Positions 10,201 to 22,027 of a stretch of DNA of 63,936 bases are shown here, piece by piece; within the stretch, counting starts at the first letter, position 1, and every line of letters starts with the position of its first letter. The notes under the pieces are model-generated. The model did not search any database. It worked only from the letters and a program-made list of their open reading frames with translations, and was not told where the DNA came from. The translations under genes were made by a program, and so were the position numbers. The stretch covers positions 12,422-76,357 of the forward strand of contig NW_018404435.1 of the NCBI RefSeq assembly GCF_002113885.1, read 5' to 3'. The stretch is from Mizuhopecten yessoensis. Taxonomy: Eukaryota.

Positions 10201-13200
10201 TCTACCTCGGACTCCCTAGGAGGACGTGACAGTATTTGTTATATCTACCTCGGACCCACTAGGAGGACGTGACAGTATTTGTTACATCTACCTCGGACTC
10301 ACTAGTAGGACGTGACAGTATTTGTTATATCTGCCTCGGACCCACTAGTAGGACGTAACAGTATTTGTTATATCTACCTCGGACTCTCTAGGAGGACGTG
10401 ACAGTATTTGTTACATCTACCTCGGACTCACTAGTAGGACGTGACAGTATTTGTTATATCTACCTCGGACCCACTAGTGGGACGTGACAGTATNNNNNNN
10501 NNNNNNNNNNNNNNNNNNNNNNNNNNNNNNNNNNNNNNNNNNNNNNNNACCAAATGAACTGTTTCCCTCGGCCTGCGGCCTCGGGAAACAGTTCATCTGG
10601 AGGGTCCCAACTCCTCGGGAAAATAGTTTTGACTGTTGACTGATAAGGCATGAAACAACTGTTTTGTTACTTGAACAATGAACAACCAAAAAGTTCTATG
10701 TCGAATGTGATGTTTAGATCTACCGACAGACAACCGTCAACAATTCAGTACCAAAAACGCTTGGTCATCGGGGTGCTTGTAATAATAGGTGCGTTCGATT
10801 ACCAAACATGAGACCAGTCAACAGTTGCACGTGACCAGTCAACAGTTTCACGTGACCAGTCAACAGTTTTACGTGACCAGTCAACAGTTTTACGGTGACC
10901 AGTCAACAGTTTTACGGTAGCACACATTAGCTATAGTTCGTTTGGTGAATTGTCTGGGAAACAGTCGAAATTGATTAATATGCATTTATATAGCGAGTCA
11001 GGTAACAATATTTGTTATATCTACCTCGGACTCACTAGGAGTACGTGACAGTATTTGTTATATCTATCTCGAACTCGCTAGGATTACGTGACAGTATTTG
11101 TTATATCTACCTCGGACTCCCTAGGAGTACGTGACAGTATTTGTTATATCTACCTCGGACACCCTTGGAGGACGTGACAGTATTTGTTACATCTACCTCG
11201 GACTCACTAGGAGGACGTGACAGTATTTGTTATATCTACCTCGGACTCTCTAGGAGGACGTGACATTATTTGTTACATCTACCTCGGACTCACTAGTAGG
11301 ACGTGACAGTATTTGTTATATCTACCTCGGACTCGCTAGGAGTACGTGACAATATTTGTTAAATCTACCTCGGACTCCCTAGGGGGAGGTGACAGTTTTT
11401 GTTATCTCACCTCCGGAATCCCTAGGAGGACGTGGCAGTATTTGTTATCTCCACTCCGGACTCGCTAGGAGGACGTGACAGTATTTGTTATATCTACCTC
11501 GGACTCGCTAGGAGTACGTGACAATATTTGTTAAATCTACCTCGGACTCCCTAGGGGGAGGTGACAGTATTTGCTATCTCACCTCCGGAATCCCTAGGAG
11601 GACGTGGCAGTATTTGTTATCTCTACTCCAGACTCCCTAGGAGGATGTGACAGTATTTGTTATCTCCACTCCGGACTCCCAAGGAGGACGTGGCAGTATT
11701 TGTTATCTCTACTCCAGACTCCCTAGGAGGACGTGCAGTATTTGTTATCTCTACTCCGGACTCACTACGAGGACGTGCAGTATTTGTTATCGCTACTCCG
11801 GACTCGCTAGGAGGACGTGCAGTATTTGTTATCTCTACTCCAGACTCCCTAGGAGGATGTGACAGTATTTGTTATCTCTACTCCAGACTCCCTAGGAGGA
11901 CGTGCTGTATTTGTTAACTCTATTCCAGACTCCCAAGGAGGACGTGCTGTATTTGTTAACTCTACTCCAGACTCGCTAGGAGGACGTGACAGTATTTGTT
12001 ATATACCTCGGACTCGCTAGGAGGACATGACAGTATTTGTTACCTTTCCTCTGGACTCACAAGGATGACGTGACAGTATTTGTAACCTCTACTCCGGACT
12101 CACTAGGATGACGTGACAGTATTTGTTATATCTACCCCGGCCTCACTAGGAAGACGTGACAGTATTTGTTATATCTACCCTGGGCTCACTAGGAGTACCT
12201 GACAGTATTTGTTAACCCTACCTCGGACTCCCTAGGAGGACGTGACAGTATTTGTTATATCTACCCTGGGCTCACTAGGAGTACGTGACAGTATTTGTTT
12301 CCCCTACCTCGGACTCCCTAGGAGGACGTGACAGTATTTGTTATATCTACCTCGGACTCGCTAGGAGGACGTGACCGTATTTGTTACCTCTACCTCGAAC
12401 TCTCTAGGAGGACGTGAAAGTATTTGTTATATCTACCTCGGCATCGCTAGGAGGATATGACAATATTTGTTATATCTAATCGGGACTTCCTAGGGAGACG
12501 TGAGTGTATTTGTTATAAAATGTATCTACCCCGGGCTCACTAGGATGACGTGAGAGTATTTGTTACCCCTACTCCGGACTCGCTAGGTGGACGTGACAGT
12601 ATTTGTTATATCTACTCCGGACGCGCTAGGAGGACGTGACGGTATTTGTTATAAAATGTATCTACCCTGGGCTCACTAGGATGACGTGAGAGTATTTGTT
12701 ACCCCTACTCCGGACTCCCTATTAGGACGTGACAGTATTTGTTACCCCTACCTCAGACTCGTTAGAAGGACGTGACAGTATTTTATACCTCTACCCCGGA
12801 CTCCCTAGGAGTACGTGACATTATTTGTTATATCTACCCCGGACTCTCTAGGAGGACGTGACGGTATTTGTTACCTCTACCCCCGGACTCCCTAGGAGGA
12901 CGTGACAGTATTTGTTATATCTACTTCTTACTCGCTAGGAGTACGTGACAGTATTTGTTATATATACTTCTTACTCGCTAGGAGTACGTGACAGTATTTG
13001 TTATATTTACCTCGGACTCGCTAGGAGTACGTGACAGTATTTGTTACCTCTACCTCGGACTCCCTAGGAGGAATTTACAGTATTTGTTATATCTACTTCG
13101 GACTCGCTAGGAGGACGTGACAGTATTTGTTACCTCTACCTCGGACTCCCTAGGAGGACGTGACAGTATTTGTTATATCTACTTCTTACTCGCTAGGAGT

Positions 13201-14015
13201 ACGTGACAGTATTTGTTATATATACTTCTTACTCGCTAGGAGTACGTGACAGTATTTGTTATATTTACCTCGGACTCGCTAGGAGTACGTGACAGTATTT
13301 GTTACCTCTACCTCGGACTCCCTAGGAGGAATTTACAGTATTTGTTATATCTACTTCGGACTCGCTAGGAGGACGTGACAGTATTTGTTACCTCTACCTC
13401 GGACTCCCTAGGAGGACGTGACAGTATTTGTTATATCTACTTCTTACTCGCTAGGAGTACGTGACAGTATTTGTTATATATACTTCTTACTCGCTAGGAG
13501 TACGTGACAGTATTTGTTATATTTACCTCGGACTCCCTAGGAGGACGTGACAGTATATGTTATATCTACTTCTTACTCGCTAGGAGTATGTGACAGTATT
13601 TGTTACCTCTACCCCCGGACTCCCTAAGAGGACGTAACAGTATTTGTTACCTCTACCCCGGACTCGCTAGGAGAACGTGACAGTATTTGTTTTATCTACT
13701 CCGGACTCATTAGGAAAACGTGACAGTATTTGTTATATCTACTTCGGACTCGCTAAGAGAACGTGACAGTATTTGTTATGTCTACTCCGGACTCGCTAGG
13801 ATGATGTGACAGTATTTGTTATATCTACTCCGGACTCGCTAGGAGGACGTGACAGTAGTTGTTGTATCTACTCCGGACTCGCTATGAGGGCGTGACAGTA
13901 TTTGTTACCCCTACTCCAGACTCGCTAGGAGTACGTGACAGTATTTGTTATATCTACTCCGGACTCACTAGGAGGACCTGGCTGTATTTAATACCTCTAC
14001 CCCGGACTCCCTAGG
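10201..14015. repeat. 43-bp tandem array (TCTACCTCGGACTCCCTAGGAGGACGTGACAGTATTTGTTATA), interrupted by an N gap (10494-10548) and an insertion
   Basis: Period 43 (10201 to 10244). Higher-order duplicated blocks around 12890-13560. Confidence 0.95.
10549..11010. mobile_element. Short element inserted in the 43-bp array, with a GC hairpin and 21-bp internal repeats; possibly non-autonomous Crypton-like
   Basis: Hairpin ATGAACTGTTTCCC..GGGAAACAGTTCAT at 10554-10596, and five GACCAGTCAACAGTT units at 10812-10917. The array breaks at CAGTAT and resumes at TATTTGTT. Family assignment is tentative. Confidence 0.55.
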
Positions 14016-14688
14016 ATAGCAGGACCAAACGATACGATAGCAGGACCAAACGATACGATAGCAGGACCAAAAGATACGATAGCAGGACCAAACGATACAT
14101 TAGCAGGACCAAACGATACATATCAAACGATACAATAGCAGGACCAAACGATACGATAGCAGGACCAAATGATACGATAGCAGGACCAAACGATACGATA
14201 GCAGGACCAAACGATACATTAGCAGGACCAAACGATACGATAGCAGGACCAAACGATACGATAGCAGGACCAAACGATACGATAGCAGGACCAAACGATA
14301 CGATAGCAGGACCAAACGATACGATAGCAGGACCAAACGATACGATAGCAGGACCAAACGATACGATAGCAGGACCAAACGATACGATAGCAGGACCAAA
14401 CGATACGATAGCAGGACCAAACGATACGATAGCAGGACCAAACGATACGATAGCAGGACCAAACGATACGATAGCAGGACCAAACGATACGATAGCAGGA
14501 CCAAACGATACGATAGCAGGACCAAACGATACGATAGCAGGACCAAACGATACGATAGCAGGACCAAACGATACGATAGCAGGACCAAACGATACGATAG
14601 CAGGACCAAACGATACGATAGCAGGACCAAACGATACGATAGCAGGACCAAACGCGACGATAGTAGGACCAAACGATACGATAGCAGA
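14015..14688. repeat. Near-perfect 21-bp tandem array (GATAGCAGGACCAAACGATAC)
   Basis: About 32 copies, most identical. Confidence 0.97.
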
Positions 14689-14900
14689 ACCTATCTTCAA
14701 TTGAATAGAACCTATCTCCAATTGAATTGAACTCTATCTCCAATTGAATAGAGCATATTTCCAATTGAATTGAACCCTATCTCCAATTTGATTGAACCTA
14801 TCTCCAATTGAATTAAACCCTATCTCCAATTGAATAGAACCTATCCCCAATTGAATTAAACCCTATCTACAATTGAACTGAACCTATCTCGAATTAAATG
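14688..14900. repeat. Degenerate 21-bp array (AACCTATCTCCAATTGAATAG)
   Basis: About 10 copies, directly abutting the previous array. Confidence 0.9.
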
Positions 14901-14904
14901 AAAT

Positions 14905-15480
14905 CGCACCAATGTACACAAATCATTACCAAAACTAACATCAATGTTTACAACTCATTACCAAACTAATATCAATGTTTACAAATCATTACCAAAACTC
15001 ACACCAATGTACACAAATAATTACCAAAACTAACACCAATGCACACAAATTATTACCAAAGCTAACATCAATGTTTACAAATCATTACCAAAACTCACAC
15101 CAATGTACACAAATCATTACCAAACTAACATCAATGTACACAAATAATTACCAAAACTCACACCAATGTACACAACTCTTTACAAAAACTCACACCAATT
15201 TACACAACTCATTACCAAAACTCACACCAATGTACACAACTCTTTACAAAAACTCACACCAATGTACACAACTCATTACCAAAACTCATACCAATTTACA
15301 CAAATCATTACCAAAACTCGCACCAATTTACACAAATCATTACCAAAACTCACACCAATGTACACAATTCATTACCAAAACTCGCACCGATGTTTACAAC
15401 TCATTACCAAAACTCGCACCAATGTTTACAAATCATTACCAACACTCGCACCAATGTTTACAACTCATTACAAACACTCA
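14905..15480. repeat. 32-bp C/A-rich tandem array (CACACCAATGTACACAACTCATTACCAAAACT)
   Basis: Period 32 (15161, 15193, 15225). Confidence 0.93.
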
Positions 15481-16159
15481 CTACTTTGTGAACAACGATA
15501 TAAAATCGTCAGATGTCGATCATTACTGAATGTAAGTTATCCCTAACAGTTGGTTTTAGCATAGACAACACCCATAAGCCCACGGTGGATTTCCCCGTAG
15601 GCTTTAACACAACCTCTGCTTTATTAACGAACGGTCAGTAGTTATAAAAAAAAATGGGGGCAATCGTTGCAGATTGTATAAAACACATACATGTAATAAT
15701 TATTGAAAGTATATGTTGTATGTAGTATGTACCTACGGAGATTATATTAATAGTTTAAAGAGCGGTATGGTGCTATAATCAGAGTTTATACTGACAATGT
15801 CTGTATGATGATCGTTTATATGGATATTATACGCAGTTATGTGTTCTTAGAAGAGTTCATAAGTACAACGACGAAACGTGTGACACTATAACACTATTAG
15901 GTCGGGTGCCCACTATCGTGACGTCACAGATTGTGACAAGACAGACTTTGCAGCTCCAATAACTTCACAAATAGACGACTGGAAATAGAAAATAAACTAA
16001 AATAGGTGACGCAATACGAGTTGTGATACATGTACTTACACCGCCCTATGGTTAGGAGACCACTCTTGTGACACTGTAGAGCTGATTATTTACAAAATAC
16101 GCAGGATGTCTCGACAATGGGTTTCAAAAGGAGCAAATGTTCCGACAATGACTATGCTT

Positions 16160-16200
16160 TAAGATAAACGGAACTGGGAACTAGATCCTAGTTCCGTTAA
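16160..16200. repeat. MITE family M fragment
   Basis: TAAGATAAACGGAACTGGGAACTAGATCCTAGTTCCGTTAA matches the hairpin unit. Confidence 0.6.
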
Positions 16201-16490
16201 AATCTGAAAACAAAGTACTAAAAGTCCTCCAGACACATGCTTTCTTGATGTTGCAATATTTCCATAGTTATATACATGTACGTGTATATAACATTTTAGG
16301 AAAAACGAACACAATACAGTCAGTTGAGATGCAGGATAAACACCATTGAAATTTGCTGAAAATGTTTACTCTTATCTAATGTCTGTGTTGGCAATAGTCT
16401 GAAATATATTTTCCCTCCGAGGACCAACAACAAGTACTGCTTCAAGAAGCTTTGGCTCTGCTTTGCCATGGGTCATATGTCAGTATTATN

Positions 16491-18558
16491 AAAGAAAATA
16501 TGATAAAAACTGTTGAACATGGAAAAAGCATTACTAATAGAAATAACTGTTAAATATTATATAAAATAATAAACTTTGTAACAATAAAAACAACCAAAAC
16601 ATTAAATGATATATCCTTTCTTGTATTTAAGGCAGCACAGGAAGATTGGGAAGATGTGAATAAATCCGAAACCCACAAAGAGGCTGCAATTATCAAAAAC
16701 AACTAGATTGAAACTGAAGATATTATATTTGCAATAAAGATTTAACGCGTGATCATTAAATGAACTGCATGATTGCCAGACATCGTTTACATGCTGTGCA
16801 GTTGTGGCCCAATATGGATTCAAAAGTGTCCATCAAAGCCATTTTATCACATATACATTTTTTAGATACATTGAGAATACATGATCGCTCATCAAAACCT
16901 CAAAATGTTCCATGATGGAGAGATACCCTTCTAGTTGAGGCCATAGATCCCTCAAATATCCTCCCCTTTAGTCACTTTCCTCATTGGTTGGTGCATTTTG
17001 CAACAGTTCATGGGCCCCCTTCATGGGTATCGAGCTTCGTATTGGTATGTCCTGGAATCAGAACTTTATTTTAGGTTACAACCAATATTAAAAATCCAAA
17101 TATGTTAAAGTTGAAAATTGCCACCTATTTGAAGAAATATATCTATATATCTAAATGAGAACAGTTATGAAGGATGGGGGACTTTTCAATAAAAAATTAT
17201 GTGAGATGTATTTGCTGAGGAGAGCCCCCACCCCACCCTGGTCTTAACCGTCGAAGACCACTGGCATAACTGTTTGTGTATCAAATTGATAACTGAAGTT
17301 TGATGTGATTCATGTATTACAATATTTATGTACAGTGAGATTATTGTTTTATGACACAATGTTAATTAGTCCCCCAGCGGTTCCCGGATGGGATAAATTC
17401 ATTTAAGTTTCATGCTGTTACCATTAACATAATCATACGAAGAGGTGTATACTTAAGCATTAAACTGTTTTTGTATGGTATTTATGATCTATTTGAATGA
17501 CACAGCTTTGCAAGCAAACAACATGTGTTGTTTGCTTGCAAAGCTGTGTCATTCAAATAGATCATAAATACCATACAAAAACAGTTTAATGCTTAAGTAT
17601 ACACCTCTTCGTATGATTATGTTAATGGTAACAGCATGAAACTTAAATGAATTTATCCCATCCGGGAACCGCTGGGGGACTAATTAACATTGTGTCATAA
17701 AACAATAATCTCACTGTACATAAATATTGTAATACATGAATCACATCAAACTTCAGTTATCAATTTGATACACAAACAGTTATGCCAGTGGTCTTCGACG
17801 GTTAAGACCAGGGTGGGGTGGGGGCTCTCCTCAGCAAATACATCTCACATAATTTTTTATTGAAAAGTCCCCCATCCTTCATAACTGTTCTCATTTAGAT
17901 ATATAGATATATTTCTTCAAATAGGTGGCAATTTTCAACTTTAACATATTTGGATTTTTAATATTGGTTGTAACCTAAAATAAAGTTCTGATTCCAGGAC
18001 ATACCAATACGAAGCTCGATACCCATGAAGGGGGCCCATGAACTGTTGCAAAATGCACCAACCAATGAGGAAAGTGACTAAAGGGGAGGATATTTGAGGG
18101 ATCTATGGCCTCAACTAGAAGGGTATCTCTCCATCATGGAACATTTTGAGGTTTTGATGAGCGATCATGTATTCTCAATGTATCTAAAAAATGTATATGT
18201 GATAAAATGGCTTTGATGGACACTTTTGAATCCATATTGGGCCACAACTGCACAGCATGTAAACGATGTCTGGCAATCATGCAGTTCATTTAATGATCAC
18301 GCGTTAAATCTTTATTGCAAATATAATATCTTCAGTTTCAATCTAGTTGTTTTTGATAATTGCAGCCTCTTTGTGGGTTTCGGATTTATTCACATCTTCC
18401 CAATCTTCCTGTGCTGCCTTAAATACAAGAAAGGATATATCATTTAATGTTTTGGTTGTTTTTATTGTTACAAAGTTTATTATTTTATATAATATTTAAC
18501 AGTTATTTCTATTAGTAATGCTTTTTCCATGTTCAACAGTTTTTATCATATTTTCTTT
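16491..18558. repeat. Perfect long inverted repeat, 1033-bp arms with a 2-nt spacer (probable assembly artefact)
   Basis: 16491-17523 is the reverse complement of 17526-18558, with identical 73-aa ORFs on both arms. The left arm starts exactly after a single N at 16490. Confidence 0.9.
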
Positions 18559-19525
18559 AGAACTGACCAGGGGCTGATCCAGATTTTTTCGGACAGGTGT
18601 TACTATTCCAGTTTATTTGGCTACGCATGTAATCTGAACCATATAGTGTTGCACAAAATTAAGTTAGATACCTGTCTTGGCTAGCCACCTTGTACTTTCC
18701 CAGCTTTCATTTTTTAAAGTAAAATGCCAGAGTGGAATGAATCATGAATATATTACATTTATTTTTTTTGCATTTATTTACATGTATTTCAATGTTCACC
18801 CGAAAAAAAAACTGTTGATCCATCAGGCAAGAAAAAGATTCTCGATTAAAATCTTTAATTTGAACACTTGTGCCCCGTTACTGCTACGGACCACTGACCT
18901 TACATGGTTCGCTGACCAATTTAATTGATGCTTGGGAAGTATCAACAGTTCAACGCCGAGTTTATAGACATGTTAGAAGGGAGGGGACAGATATTGCGCG
19001 GGCAGATACACAATACACAAACAGTTACATAATCTTTACTCAAGAAATGAAAATATTAATATCGGATAAGCTTGCTTCGCTCGCAATGAACCCAAAACAT
19101 AATATAGTGACTTCAACATCAAGGTGACAGTGCGTCAGATACGTGGGCTATATATTGGCTTTATAAAAGCTTGGGGGTGATACATAATAACATTCTGGAG
19201 TTTCATTTATATTGCACAGTGTCTATGTCGGAACAGATTAACATGTTATTCACTGTTTCAGAGTACGTACCTTGCCACGCAATCTTTACAAAACATTCAG
19301 TTCACACGTCAAGATACTCGATGATGCAGTCGGCATAGTACTGTAATATGAGTGCCGATCGGCTATCGAAGGGAGGAGTGCTCAGGGATTTCAAGCCCCG
19401 ACAATTCAATAAACTTTTGCCCAAAATATTTCCTCTGTTAAAAACATATTATTACCTGACCACATGCAACATTTGCATTGCACCACAGGAGTCCGAAATT
19501 CTGTCAGAAATAAATAATAACAGCA

Positions 19526-20908
19526 CAGTGGAACAGGTTTATTATGATATTATATTTGCCAGAGAAAAATAATATAATAAACGATATATTACAAAAACAC
19601 GATTAAGCTGTTTTCGATCGTATTTAGGTTGTCCGAACCGGACGTGAGATGCCCTATAATCATCAGACATAGATTAATATGGAAACCTGATAAGATATTA
19701 ATACAAATTGATGAAGTAATAATTGACATCTTTTCTGAATTGTCATTAATATCAGCTTATTGAAAAAAATCGAGAAGATTTCATTTTGTCGTCGTAATGA
19801 TCAGTATGTAAATTCTACTTTCACTTTCAAATAATTTCGAGCAAGATCTAAGAAATATCTGTATACTTCATCCTAGCTAACAATATCGTTATGTAACAGT
19901 CAATAAGATGAAAGAAGTGACAAAAATAGTCATGATTTACCTATTTTGCACCGAAAAGTTGCGTCACTGTTTGGCCCATAAGCGTCATAATATGTCGCTA
20001 TGTAAATTACGATCACGTGACAAGCACATGCCTCGCAAGTCGTGCGGTGGAATCAAATTGCATAGAAACAATAACATCTAAAAAAAATCAAAGTATTGCT
20101 TTTTTTTAACAATAATCAAATATCCTTTTACAACGAAAATGGTGTATATTGTAAATAAAGCAATCGTCGTCAGATGTTTACCACAATAACTTTTACTTTG
20201 GATCGATTTCTGGTACAATTCTGTCAGGACGGCATGCCCTGATTTTGACACTTTTCAACGTAGACACAGGGAAATCAACTTGTAATGCAGTAAAGAATAG
20301 ATAAACCATTGCTTAAATGATTAAAAACACACGTCTTCCTTCTGGAGTAAAATTTACATTGAATCGGCATGATTTTCGCACATGCCCTGTCAAGGCAACC
20401 GTTAATATTAATGGAAGGCATGCTCGTTTTCTTATCAGAATTTGTGTCAGAAAATGTCGGTAGTTTAACGAAGCCATGTACGAGATGATTTAAATCAGAT
20501 TGGCCTAATCATTTCCATTTCATACACAGTCCTACAGTGGATTTTAGATAGCAATTGACTACTGCACATGTTTTGTTATGACTAGAAAGCGATGGTCGAT
20601 CTATTGTTTTCCACTGACGGGGGTGAAACGAGGTTTGAAAACTTTACCTGGAATGGACAGTTGATCACCTCGGGCGATGTACAGTTAACCCGACCTATTT
20701 GTTCAATTATCCTGGTGTCAAACACACACAACTTAACTGAGTGTTTACCTCATAAAATCTATTCACGGCAGAAAAAAATATTATAATAAGCGGGTCCAAC
20801 CTTTGACCATATCATAATAAACGGTTTGTTTTGCATAGTTAAAGGACAAAATCGGTACATAGGAAAATAATTATAATAAGCGATATCATAGTAAGAAGGT
20901 TTCACTCT
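19526..20908. mobile_element. Possible old Tc1/mariner-pogo-like non-autonomous element
   Basis: Degenerate inverted ends CAGTGGAACAGGTTTATTATGATAT and ATATCATAGTAAGAAGGTTTCACTC. No transposase seen. Confidence 0.3.
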
Positions 20909-21700
20909 AGTACAAAAAACTCTTATAATATAGCAAATTATAGTTTAACAACATAAAACAGTAAACAGAAACACTGCGTTATTAGATTGAATAAATGTGT
21001 AACAAGTTTGTAACAAACACCGCATAATGTTTCATTAGTACTGATAAAATATCTTGCGAAGTACATATTTGATAGAGAAAATATCGCACTCCAGAGAGTT
21101 TCTTAATTCTGCCGAAAAGAATAGTCATATTCAAGTGGCCAGTGGTATAATTTCAGGCTTATTTGCAGGTGTAACTTTTGTGATAAAAGCAAAACGTTAG
21201 TGATCATGACCCAAACATTGTGACAGGAACTGTGTACTGTAGTTAGGTAGGAACACTACAGTAAGTATGTCAGAGGAAAGCATTCGCTTCAGGGAAGAGT
21301 GCGGGAAGCACAATTTCAGCAAGCAGAGCTTCGATAGAAAATTAATCATAATACTTTTTATTAATTGTATACTTACAAAATTGTTGTATTTTTAACATAC
21401 ATATGGCTAGTTAAGCAAGTATCGAAGTGAATGCTTTCTCTGCCTATTAGTTGGCTAACCCCAAAATGGCGTCACTAAGGTATGAATGAAAATGCTAGGG
21501 GTCGCTGCCGAAAACATTTGCAGATGAATGAAAAGTAAACGAATGTTATCCATATAAGGAGATATCAGATCCCATATAAGGGCAGAGAGACCATATAAGG
21601 TCATAGATGGCGTAAGTGTCAAAGGTGCAATTCAACGTTAAGCAAACTTCGTAGTAAGTGCGATACCCTAGACACATGCGTTACCTAACGCATGTGTCAA

Positions 21701-21873
21701 AAACACTATCAATGGAACTTGGACCAACATGCTAGATCTGTTTCAAAATAACATCATAACCAGCCTGATATAATCTACTGGGAACTCAAGTTCCGTTTTT
21801 CTTAAACGGAACTAGGGTCTGGTTGCCAGTTCCGTTTTCCTTAAACGGAACTAGGAACTAACTTCAGGCTTCC
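21701..21873. repeat. MITE family M partial copy
   Basis: Internal CACTATCAATGGAACTTGGACCAACAT (shared with ~59364), hairpin units, and end AACTTCAGGCTTCC. Confidence 0.7.
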
Positions 21874-22027
21874 TTAAAATATCGACGGTCGCATAAGTTG
21901 ATATGAATTTTTTATCCTTTTTGCTATAGAGAAAAAATAACTGTATATTATTGAAATCATATTCATACACAAAGCAACTCAAATTTCAATGCTTCAAAAT
22001 CTACAATGACATTCCTGAACAGCTGTT

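Noticed and set aside
14011-15546. Repeat ORFs (SFGPAIV)n and T/H/N-rich ORFs
   Set aside because: Translation of tandem DNA that is open in several frames at once.
16602-18447. Two identical 73-aa genes
   Set aside because: Mirror products of the palindrome, with no recognisable domain.
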